From Magnetospirillum sp. (GTDB lineage: Bacteria > Pseudomonadota > Alphaproteobacteria > CACIAM-22H2), in the NCBI GenBank assembly GCA_027532905.1, contig JAPZUA010000001.1, positions 663,950 through 727,949 of the forward strand: DNA of 64,000 nt, in the 5' to 3' direction. The notes beneath the pieces are model-generated. The model was not told where the DNA came from, did not search any database, and saw nothing but the letters and a program-made list of their open reading frames with translations. Shown here piece by piece: positions 8,592 through 17,055 of the stretch; positions within the stretch are counted from its first letter, which is position 1; each line of letters starts with the position of its first letter. Both the position numbers and the translations under genes were made by a program.

Positions 8592-9975
8592 GACATGCAA
8601 GCCAGCCGCGCATGTCGGCTGCCGAGACGAAGTCCGGCAGCACGAGGCGCTGGCTTTCGCCGGTCGAGCGATTGAAGCGATAGGTACCCAATTTCTCGAG
8701 CCGATCGATGCAGGCAATGGCCGCATCCTTGGCCGCCGGTACATATTCGAACGACAGGGCCGCCACAGCGTGGCTCAAGCCGGCGAGCACGCGCGGCTCT
8801 GCCCCTTCAACATCGATCTTGATGAAGTCGGGCATGCCCTCGCGCGCGATCAGCGCATCGAGTGTGGTGGCTTCGGCCGCCAGCACGCGCTCCCACGCCA
8901 CGCCTTGGAAAGATTTGGCTGCGGCCGCCGCGCGCATGAAATCGCCGCTCGCCGTCGCAAGCGTGGGATATCGGTCGCTTAAGTGCAGCGCCACCGTGCC
9001 GGGCGTCGCATCGAGCAGTTTTTCTTCGATCCGCACGGCCGGATCGTCGAGGAAAAAGCGGCGCAGGAGATCGGCGAAGACAGGCTGCGGTTCAACCGCA
9101 ACGACGCGGGCACCCAACCGCCGCCACGATGCCACGCGATTGCCGGCATGGGCACCCACATCGATCGCCAGCGAACCGGGCCGCACGAAACGCGCATAGA
9201 AACGGTCGAGCTGGCCCGCACGGCCTGGAATCGCATGGTAGATCGCAAGCGAGCGCAGCAACCCGAACAGACGGGCCGCAAACGCGACGGGTGCGCGGCT
9301 CGTCGCATTCGCCCACAAAAACCGCACATCGACCGCAAACGACCACAGCAGAATCGCGAGCCCCACCGCCCCCACGAGCGGGCCGACGGATAGCGGGCTC
9401 AACGCGGCGAGGGCGGCAATGCCCTGCAGCACGCACACGATGCGGCGCCGCTCGCTGTGGGGCAAAGGCTCGGCCAGAAACGGGTAGCGCCATGCGGCGG
9501 CCACGAACACGTAGCGCGGCAAACCGAGCAGCACGACCCACAGACCCGCCTCGCCGAAACGTGCGGCCAGCAGGCACAGCGCCAGCATGAAGGCGCTGTC
9601 GGTTTCCATGTCGAAGCGCGCGCCGAACGCAGACGTCTCGGCGCGGCGGCGCGCGATCCAACCATCCACGCCGTCGAGCGCGAGCACAGCCGCACCGGCA
9701 GCGACCAAAATCCAACGCGCGCCCACGTCAAGTTCCGGCACGCACAGGAGGCCTGCAAGGAAACATACGAAGGCACCGCGCGCCCAGGTCACGCAATTGG
9801 CAAGGCCGAAGCGCTTATGCGGATGGTCGGCAAGACCAAGCCGCACGCCTACCCACAGCACGCATAGGCCCAAAAGGCTTGCTGCAACGCCGACGATCCC
9901 CACGATGGGAAGGGTCGCGAACAGAACCGCTGCCGCAATCCACGCCAGACGTCGCAACGACGCGGTGCGTGTCAT
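8518..9975 (-). CDS. CDP-alcohol phosphatidyltransferase fused to an FkbM-family methyltransferase
   Basis: N-half: FGLANCVTWAR and the signature DGVDGWIARRRAETSAFGARFDMETD with TM helices. C-half: IDVGAHAG, AVEPQP, PDFIKIDVEGAE, LSFEY. One continuous frame; ATG overlaps the upstream stop. Confidence 0.88.
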   Translation of the reverse strand: MTRTASLRRLAWIAAAVLFATLPIVGIVGVAASLLGLCVLWVGVRLGLADHPHKRFGLANCVTWARGAFVCFLAGLLCVPELDVGARWILVAAGAAVLALDGVDGWIARRRAETSAFGARFDMETDSAFMLALCLLAARFGEAGLWVVLLGLPRYVFVAAAWRYPFLAEPLPHSERRRIVCVLQGIAALAALSPLSVGPLVGAVGLAILLWSFAVDVRFLWANATSRAPVAFAARLFGLLRSLAIYHAIPGRAGQLDRFYARFVRPGSLAIDVGAHAGNRVASWRRLGARVVAVEPQPVFADLLRRFFLDDPAVRIEEKLLDATPGTVALHLSDRYPTLATASGDFMRAAAAAKSFQGVAWERVLAAEATTLDALIAREGMPDFIKIDVEGAEPRVLAGLSHAVAALSFEYVPAAKDAAIACIDRLEKLGTYRFNRSTGESQRLVLPDFVSAADMRGWLACLSPDDKSGDVYAERQTDRGGQPSA

Positions 9976-11579
9976 TTCGCGGTTCCGAAATCGGCGAGGA
10001 ATCCGGCCAGGAAATCCTCCATGCCGGCCGTCGCCGCGCCCGGCGGTACGGCGAAACCCGGCACGTAGCCGCGCGCTTCGAAAGGTTCGATCAATTCGCG
10101 CGCGCGCGAGAAAACATGGATCGGAACTGAGAAATCGCCGGTACGGCGCGCGGTCGTCAGCGGGGGTTGATGGTCGCCCAGGACGATGAACAAAGTTTCG
10201 TCGTCCGTGCGGTCGGCAGCAAAGCGCACGGCCGATTCGAGCGAATAGGCAACGGCCGCAAGATAGCCCGCATCCTGGTCGAACACTTGGCCCATGCGCA
10301 CCGGAAATTCGCGCACCGGCAGATCTTTGTAGGGATCGGCCTTCGCGAACGCGGACCAATCGTCCAAGAAAGCGGGCACGCGCTCGAACGGCGTGTGGCT
10401 CGAGGCGAGCACGATTTTGGCGAAGAGCGGTGCTGGCTGCAGTTCGTTGCGCGCGAACCAATCGAGCACCCATTGGTCGGGCAGCGACTCCCACGCAAAG
10501 CGCGGACCGCGATAGCCGAGATCGAGCTGGTTGCGGATCTGCGCAAAACCGAGCAGGCGCCCTTCGGGCCAAGGCTGGTCCATGCGCGGCATCAAGGCGA
10601 GCGTGCGGTAGCCCGCCTCGCCGAGGCGATGGGCGAGCGTGCGCGACCGCGAGACAAGCATCACCTCGTAGGCGTCTTGCGCCGCGATCTTCACACCCGC
10701 GAGCAAGGTGCCGTGCCCCATCCACGAACCGCCGCCGGTGATGGGCGAGCGCACCAAGCCCGTCGCAGTTGCCAAGCCCGCCTGTTCGAGCAGGCCTTGC
10801 AGGCGGCTGCGCAGCGGATCCATCGTCGCAGCGAAGACGGGATCGCGCGCGGTGATCGCACCGTAGGATTCGACAAAGATCAGCACAACGTTGCGCTGCC
10901 CAAGTGCGGCAAAGTCGCTTTTATCCGGCAGCGCGGCTTGGGCAGCATCGATGCGCGCGCGGTGCGCTCCGCGCAAACCTTCGGCACGCAGCACGGCATC
11001 GAAAGCCTGCACGACCGCCAGCGACGCGTCGCGCGACACGATCGGCCGTTCGTCCGGCGTGGACGGCGCGTTGGGCATTGCCGCCCAGCCTGCGACGAGG
11101 GCCGCAAGCCCGAGCGCCAAGCCGGGCCAGCCTTGCAGCTCGACCGCGCGCGAAACGGTGTGCAAGGCGGTCTGTACAAGTGCCACCGCCGCCAGCACCA
11201 CGCCGAAAAGCAGCAACGCCAATGCCGCAAACTCGAAGGCTGGCATCGAATTGGCCAAGAGCTGCACAAAAAACGGCACGAAGCGCGCATCGACCGCGAC
11301 GTTGAGATCGCGCCCGAAGAACCACGGGATCGCAACGGCTGTGGCGCGCAACGCAAACGCCGCAAGGCTCAACGCCGCAAGGCCCCACAGCAGCAGCCCC
11401 TGCGGCCGCCCGACGACGAAAAACACCGCGACAATGACGAGCAACTCGACCGCGACGGCAGAGGGCAGCATTTGCAACGGCTGTTCGACGAAGTCGCCCG
11501 ACGAAAACAGCAGATTCAAAAACACGATCGCAACGAGCGTGGCGATCAGGCCGGGCGGCCGGCGGCTGCGCGGTTTCAT
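9972..11579 (-). CDS. Membrane protein with an alkaline-phosphatase/sulfatase-fold domain (LtaS/phosphoglycerol-transferase-like)
   Basis: About five N-terminal hydrophobic segments, then NVVLIFVESYG, SPITGGGSWMGH, SSHTPF, GDHQP. Confidence 0.8.
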   Translation of the reverse strand: MKPRSRRPPGLIATLVAIVFLNLLFSSGDFVEQPLQMLPSAVAVELLVIVAVFFVVGRPQGLLLWGLAALSLAAFALRATAVAIPWFFGRDLNVAVDARFVPFFVQLLANSMPAFEFAALALLLFGVVLAAVALVQTALHTVSRAVELQGWPGLALGLAALVAGWAAMPNAPSTPDERPIVSRDASLAVVQAFDAVLRAEGLRGAHRARIDAAQAALPDKSDFAALGQRNVVLIFVESYGAITARDPVFAATMDPLRSRLQGLLEQAGLATATGLVRSPITGGGSWMGHGTLLAGVKIAAQDAYEVMLVSRSRTLAHRLGEAGYRTLALMPRMDQPWPEGRLLGFAQIRNQLDLGYRGPRFAWESLPDQWVLDWFARNELQPAPLFAKIVLASSHTPFERVPAFLDDWSAFAKADPYKDLPVREFPVRMGQVFDQDAGYLAAVAYSLESAVRFAADRTDDETLFIVLGDHQPPLTTARRTGDFSVPIHVFSRARELIEPFEARGYVPGFAVPPGAATAGMEDFLAGFLADFGTAK

Positions 11580-12523
11580 GGCCGTCTCGGTACGCGGATG
11601 ATGGGCTTCAAAGCAGGCCCGGCCCCCAGATGATAGACCGGCATCGTCTTCTCGATGAACGAGGCCGCATCGCGGGGCGAGCACAGATAGCTTTGCAGAT
11701 TGAGCCACGGATAGCGGCTCGTCCAGCCGAGGCCCGCCGCACGCCGCGCATATTTCCAGGCACGGCCCGCGGCACGGCGGCAGGCAAGCTCGCCGTAGGT
11801 TTCGGCGAGTTCGGGATGCTGTCGCAGGAAATGCACGAGGGCCAACGCGAAATCGTGGTGCGCCTGGTGCCCTTGGCCGACCATGATGCGCGTGTCGTCG
11901 GCGGCCGGCCCCCACGTGACGATGTGCTCGAAGCGAGCGATCGCGGCAAGCCGCGCCACGCGCAAGGCCAACGCAAAATCCTCGACGAACAATTCGGGAT
12001 CGCAGCCGCCCGCCGCCTGCACGATCGACGTGCGAAACAAGGTCGGCGACGTGCCCGAGACGCCGTAGCGAATGACCTCAGCGAGCGCGTCTTTGGGCAC
12101 GGTTGGGACCGTGGCGGCGGCAGCCGCTTCGTCGAAGCGGATTTCGGCCGGATCGCTGTAGAAGCCGATACGTCCGAAAACACCACCGGTGCGCGTCGCC
12201 TCCATCACGTCGATCAGGCGCTGCGTAGCGTAGGGTGCCAGCACGTCGTCCGAGCCCACGAGCTTCAGATAGGTCTGGGTCGCAAGCTTGATGCCCGTGT
12301 TCGTGGACGAGGACGGGCCGCCATTGGGCTGCTCGACGATGCGGCAATTGGGCCAGTCTTTGGTGAGTGCGCGCACGATCGCGACCGAGTCGTCGCGGCT
12401 GCCGTCGTCCACGAACAGGAATTCGCGCGGCCGGTCGGGCACTTGGCGCCAGATCGCCGCCACCACGTCGGGCAGGAACTTGGCCTTGTTGTAGACGGTG
12501 CAAAGGAACGTGACGCCGGACAT
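11576..12523 (-). CDS. Glycosyltransferase family 2
   Basis: TVYNKA, FLFVDDGSRD, NGGPS...NTG, GSDD, VEDFALALR. Stop overlaps the next ATG. Confidence 0.88.
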   Translation of the reverse strand: MSGVTFLCTVYNKAKFLPDVVAAIWRQVPDRPREFLFVDDGSRDDSVAIVRALTKDWPNCRIVEQPNGGPSSSTNTGIKLATQTYLKLVGSDDVLAPYATQRLIDVMEATRTGGVFGRIGFYSDPAEIRFDEAAAAATVPTVPKDALAEVIRYGVSGTSPTLFRTSIVQAAGGCDPELFVEDFALALRVARLAAIARFEHIVTWGPAADDTRIMVGQGHQAHHDFALALVHFLRQHPELAETYGELACRRAAGRAWKYARRAAGLGWTSRYPWLNLQSYLCSPRDAASFIEKTMPVYHLGAGPALKPIIRVPRRP

Positions 12524-12579
12524 GGCCGTCTTCCTAAAGGCGCTTGCGCCGTTGCGCAAGCCGCGCGACTCTGCTGCCC

Positions 12580-12999
12580 ATGCCGCGCGTGATTCCCGAA
12601 CTCGACCTCGACGACCGCGACCTTGCCTGGCGCTTCGTGCGCGCCAGTGGTCCCGGCGGCCAGAACGTCAACAAAGTATCGACGAGCGTGGAATTGCGCG
12701 TCGATCTCGGCGCCACGCGCCTCGAGCCCGAGATCGTCGAACGGCTCAAGGCTATCGCGGGCAAGCGCGTGTCGGGCGAGGGCCATCTCATCGTCGAATC
12801 CTCGCGCCATCGCACGCAGGAGATGAACCGCAAAGACGCGCTCGAAAAGCTCGCCCAGTTGCTGCGTGCCGCGCGCCACAAGCCGAAGCCCCGGCGTGCC
12901 ACCAAGCCCACCAAAGGCTCGAAGCGCCGCCGCCTTGCCTCGAAAGCCGCGCGCGCGACCGTGAAAGCGACGCGCGGCGGACCGATCGATCTCGACTAA
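12580..12999 (+). CDS. arfB: Alternative ribosome rescue peptidyl-tRNA hydrolase ArfB
   Basis: RASGPGGQNVNKVST, RTQEMNR, basic tail KPRRATKPTKGSKRRRL. Confidence 0.93.
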   Translation: MPRVIPELDLDDRDLAWRFVRASGPGGQNVNKVSTSVELRVDLGATRLEPEIVERLKAIAGKRVSGEGHLIVESSRHRTQEMNRKDALEKLAQLLRAARHKPKPRRATKPTKGSKRRRLASKAARATVKATRGGPIDLD

Positions 13000-13919
13000 A
13001 GGGCCGCATAGGCCAAGGCGATCTCGCCCGCGACGGCCACGTTGTTGCGTACCAACGCGATGTTGGCGGCGAGCGACGTGCCGCCTGTCGCTTCGTTGAG
13101 GCGCCCCAGCAGAAAGGGCGTGAGAGCCGCGCCCGCAATGCCGGATGCCGCAGCTGCCTCAACCGCCGCAGCGATTTCGCGTTCGATCGCGTCGGCATCG
13201 AGCGCATATTCGGGCGGGATCGGATTGGCGACGAGAAGGCCGCCGAGCCCCAAACGTCGCTGGGCGGCGATCAGCTTTGCGGCGTCTTGGGCTGTATCGC
13301 AACGCCGGTCGGTTTTGCGCCCACTCGTGCGCGCATAGAAAGCCGGGAAATCTTCGGTGCGATAGCCGAGCACGGGCACGCCGAGGCTTTCGAGCAGTTC
13401 GAGCGTCTTCGGGATATCGAGAATGGATTTCGCCCCTGCGCACACCACGGCGACCGGCGTGCGCGCCAGCTCGTAGAGATCGGCCGAAACATCCATCGTG
13501 CTTTCGGCCCCGCGATGCACGCCGCCGATCCCGCCGGTCGCAAATATCGCGATGCCCGCCAGTGCCGCGATCGCCATCGTTGCGGCAACGGTCGTGGCCC
13601 CATGCGCGCGCGTGGCAACGAGTGCCGCCAGATCGCGGCGCGAGGCTTTGGCGATATTGCGGCCCGTCGCGAGCAATTCGAGTGCGCGCGCATCGAGACC
13701 GACGCGCAAGCGCCCGTCGATGATAGCAATCGTTGCGGGCACCACGCCCTTGGCACGCAGATCGGCCTCGAGTGCCCACGCGGTTTCGAGATTGCGCGGA
13801 TACGGCATGCCGTGCGCCACGATGGTGGACTCGAGCGCGACCACCGCTTGGCCGTCCGCCAAGGCCGCCGCGACCTCCGGTGCGATGTCGAGATCGGGCG
13901 GCAGCACGTGCTGGGTCAA
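12996..13919 (-). CDS. psuG: Pseudouridine-5'-phosphate glycosidase
   Basis: VVALESTIVAHGMPYP, KASRRD, ATGGIGGVHRG, DVSADL, GAKSILD, TPFLL. TTG start overlaps the upstream stop. Confidence 0.92.
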   Translation of the reverse strand: MTQHVLPPDLDIAPEVAAALADGQAVVALESTIVAHGMPYPRNLETAWALEADLRAKGVVPATIAIIDGRLRVGLDARALELLATGRNIAKASRRDLAALVATRAHGATTVAATMAIAALAGIAIFATGGIGGVHRGAESTMDVSADLYELARTPVAVVCAGAKSILDIPKTLELLESLGVPVLGYRTEDFPAFYARTSGRKTDRRCDTAQDAAKLIAAQRRLGLGGLLVANPIPPEYALDADAIEREIAAAVEAAAASGIAGAALTPFLLGRLNEATGGTSLAANIALVRNNVAVAGEIALAYAAL

Positions 13920-16240
13920 GCGGCCTTGTGGATGGCGCGCCAGATTTTCTGCGGTGTGGCGGGCATGTCGATATGCGCGACGTCGTAGGGTTTCAACGCG
14001 TCGAGCACCGCATGCACGACCGCGGGCGGTGCGCCGATCGAACCTGCCTCGCCCGCACCCTTCACGCCGAGCGGATTGTTGAGGCACGGTACCTCGTTGT
14101 ACGAGAAATCGATCGACGGCATCTGGTCGGCGCGCGGCATGCCGTAATCCATGAACGAGCCGGTCAGAAGCTGGCCGCTCGCCGGATCGTAGACGCAGCC
14201 TTCGTACAGCGCCTGGCCGATCCCCTGGATGGTGCCGCCATGCACCTGGCCTTCCACGAGCAGCGGGTTCATCACGTTGCCGAAATCGTCGACGATCGTG
14301 TAGCGCTCGAACGACACCGTGCCCGTGTCGGGATCGATTTCGATTTCGGCGATGTGGCAGCCATTGGGGAACGTCGCCCCCTTGGGCAGATGCGTTGCCT
14401 GGCCTTCGAGGCCCAGCGCTTGGTCGGGCGGCAGCTTCGCTTTCATGTGCGAAGTCTTGGCCATTTCGGCGACGGTGATCGCCTTGTCCGTACCCGCCAC
14501 TTTGAATGAACCGTCTGCGAACTCGATATCGGCGTCGGCGGCTTCCATCAGATGGGCCGCAAGCTTGCGCCCGCGCGCGATCACGTCCTTGGCGGCGAGA
14601 CTCACGGCGGTGCCCGTTACGGCAAGCGCGCGGCTGCCGCCGGTCCCGCCATTGTAGATCGCGACGTCGGTGTCGCCTTGCACGACGCGCACCTTGTCGA
14701 GCGGAATGCCGAGCGCTTCGGACACGATCTGCGCATAGGCGGTTTCATGACCCTGGCCGTTCGACTGATTGCCGACGCGCACGAACGCCCCGCCCGACGG
14801 ATCGAACTGGATGTGCGCGGACTCGTCGCCGCCGCCGCCGCAGACTTCCGTGTACATCGCAAGCCCAATGCCGCGCAGCTTGCCGGCCTTCTTGGAAGCC
14901 TCGCGCCGCGCTTCGAACCCGTTCCAGTCGGCGCGCGCCAACGCGTCGTCGAGATTGCGCGCATATTCGCCGCTGTCGTAGGTGTTGCCAAGTGCGGTCT
15001 TGTAGGGCATCGCAGCGGGTGCAATGAAATTGCGCCGCCGCACTTCGGCGGGCGACAGGCCCAGCGTTTTGCCGATCTTTTCGACCACGCGCTCGACCAC
15101 ATAGTTGGCCTCAGGCCGGCCCGCACCGCGATAGGCATCGACCGGAGCGGTGTTCGAGAACACGCCCTTGTATTCGGCAAACGCCGCCGGGATCGCATAG
15201 ACGCCGACGAGCATCGAAGCTCCCGCAGCTGTCGCAACGAACGTGCTGTATTGCGAGCAATAGGCGCCGAGATTGGCGTTGGTCTGCACATGCAGGCCCA
15301 GAATGCGCCCCTCGGCGTCGATGGCCGCGCGCGCTTTGGTCAGATGGTCGCGCCCGTGCGTGTCGGTGAGGAAGGCTTCGCTGCGGTCGGAGATCCAGCG
15401 CACCGGCCGCTCGAGGGCGCGAGCGGCAAACAGGCACGCCACGTATTCCGGGAACACGAAAATCTTCATGCCGAAACCGCCGCCCACGTCGCCCGTGACA
15501 ACGCGCAGCTTGCTTTCCGGGATCTTGAAGATTTCGCCCGCCAGCACCTTGCGCATGCCGAAGCCGCCTTGCGTGCTGCAATAGAGCGTGAGGCGGTCTT
15601 CGCCGCGCGCATAGTCGGCGATGGCCCCGCGCGGCTCGAGCGAGTTGGGCACGAGCCGATTGTTCACGAGATCGATCTCGACGGTCTTCGCCGCCGACGC
15701 AAACGCGGCCTTAGTTTTGGCTTCGTCGCCGATCGTCCAGTCGAACGCGATATTGCCCTTGGCGTTTTCCCACACGACGGAGGCACCGGGGGCGACCGCG
15801 GCGGCAATGTCGCCCACGGCCGGCAAAGGTTCGTAGTCGACGACGACCGCTTCAGCGGCATCGCGCGCGTCTTCCGCACGCTCGGCCACGACGAGTACCA
15901 CCGCTTCGCCCGCAAAACGCACGCGACCGCGCGCCAGAGCCGGGCGCGGCGGGGGCGTGAAGGCACTGCCGTCGCGATTCTTGAGTGGCGCCATGCACGG
16001 CACGTTGCCGATACCGGCGGCGGCGAGGTCGTCGCCCGTGAACACGCCGATCACGCCCGGCATGTCGCGCGCGGCCGAAACGTCGATGCTGCGGATCTCG
16101 GCGTGTGCATGCGGACTGCGCACAAAAAACCCGTAGGTCTGGCGCGCCAGTGCTACGTCGTCGAGATAACGCCCGGCCCCCTTCAGCAGGCGGGCATCTT
16201 CGACGCGGCGCGGCATCTGGGCTTTTCCGAACTTGCTCAT
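13916..16240 (-). CDS. Xanthine dehydrogenase family molybdopterin-binding large subunit (CoxL form II-like)
   Basis: RVEDARLLKGAGRY, DVGGGFGMK, AYRGAGRPE, GQGHET, GQVHGG, KGAGEAG. AYRGAGR rather than the form I CODH motif AYXCSFR. Confidence 0.9.
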   Translation of the reverse strand: MSKFGKAQMPRRVEDARLLKGAGRYLDDVALARQTYGFFVRSPHAHAEIRSIDVSAARDMPGVIGVFTGDDLAAAGIGNVPCMAPLKNRDGSAFTPPPRPALARGRVRFAGEAVVLVVAERAEDARDAAEAVVVDYEPLPAVGDIAAAVAPGASVVWENAKGNIAFDWTIGDEAKTKAAFASAAKTVEIDLVNNRLVPNSLEPRGAIADYARGEDRLTLYCSTQGGFGMRKVLAGEIFKIPESKLRVVTGDVGGGFGMKIFVFPEYVACLFAARALERPVRWISDRSEAFLTDTHGRDHLTKARAAIDAEGRILGLHVQTNANLGAYCSQYSTFVATAAGASMLVGVYAIPAAFAEYKGVFSNTAPVDAYRGAGRPEANYVVERVVEKIGKTLGLSPAEVRRRNFIAPAAMPYKTALGNTYDSGEYARNLDDALARADWNGFEARREASKKAGKLRGIGLAMYTEVCGGGGDESAHIQFDPSGGAFVRVGNQSNGQGHETAYAQIVSEALGIPLDKVRVVQGDTDVAIYNGGTGGSRALAVTGTAVSLAAKDVIARGRKLAAHLMEAADADIEFADGSFKVAGTDKAITVAEMAKTSHMKAKLPPDQALGLEGQATHLPKGATFPNGCHIAEIEIDPDTGTVSFERYTIVDDFGNVMNPLLVEGQVHGGTIQGIGQALYEGCVYDPASGQLLTGSFMDYGMPRADQMPSIDFSYNEVPCLNNPLGVKGAGEAGSIGAPPAVVHAVLDALKPYDVAHIDMPATPQKIWRAIHKAA

Positions 16241-16299
16241 TTTACGACCCTCGAATTTCCTTGGAGTGGCGACTGTGGCAAATCGCCTGTCGGCATGCA

Positions 16300-17055
16300 A
16301 TGGCGCTAGAATTGGCGGCGATGGGAAACGGCAAAACGATCATTCTGGCGGGCATGGCGGGTGCGCAAGTGAGAGTGGGGCGCGTGATCGCCGCATTCAA
16401 GCGCAGCTTCTATGTGGCCGACGCCGAGGGGCGCATTGCCTGTGCCGGCGGCCCCGATCTGGGGGCGGGGCCCTTGAACATCCTCTATGCCGTCTGCCCG
16501 CCGATCCCGGACGTCGGGGCGGCGTGGCGCTTTGATCTGAACAATGTGCCGATCTGGCGGCCCGCGCCGTGGCCGCACTTCGATGCACCCGCCAGCCGTC
16601 GCGTGGCGGCGGCAATCCCGCGCGACAAAGGTTTGCTGACCCCGCCGGACGGCGATCCTTTCAAAGAAGCCGCCCAAGCCCCGCTTGCAGCCCTCGCTTT
16701 GTGGCAAGGCGGGCCGACACCGCCGATCCTCGCGAATCTGCTCGGGCTTGGGCCCGGCCTCACGCCGGCGGGCGACGACGCGCTTGGCGGAGCGGCGCTG
16801 GCCTTGCGCGCCTGCGGCCGGATGGAAGACGCCGATGCGCTCCGCAAATTTCTGGGCGCGCGGATGGCGACGGCCACAAGTGTGATATCAGCCGCGCATT
16901 TATCTGCTGCCCTCGACGGGATGGGCGCGCAAGCGCTGCACACGATCCTTGCCGATATCGTGCGAGGGCGTATGCCGGAACTCAGCCCCCTCGACGCGAT
17001 CGGCCACAGCTCGGGCTACGACGCGCTCGCCGGGATCCTGGCCGTTTTAACGTAG
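16300..17055 (+). CDS. DUF2877 family protein (YahE/YlbF-like)
   Basis: LLGLGPGLTPAGDD and IGHSSGYDALAG. Start uncertain (16300 or 16321). Confidence 0.82.
   Translation: MALELAAMGNGKTIILAGMAGAQVRVGRVIAAFKRSFYVADAEGRIACAGGPDLGAGPLNILYAVCPPIPDVGAAWRFDLNNVPIWRPAPWPHFDAPASRRVAAAIPRDKGLLTPPDGDPFKEAAQAPLAALALWQGGPTPPILANLLGLGPGLTPAGDDALGGAALALRACGRMEDADALRKFLGARMATATSVISAAHLSAALDGMGAQALHTILADIVRGRMPELSPLDAIGHSSGYDALAGILAVLT

Noticed and set aside
13916..16240. Aerobic CO dehydrogenase (coxL form I)
   Set aside because: The active-site loop is AYRGAGR rather than AYXCSFR, and no coxMS or accessory genes are present.
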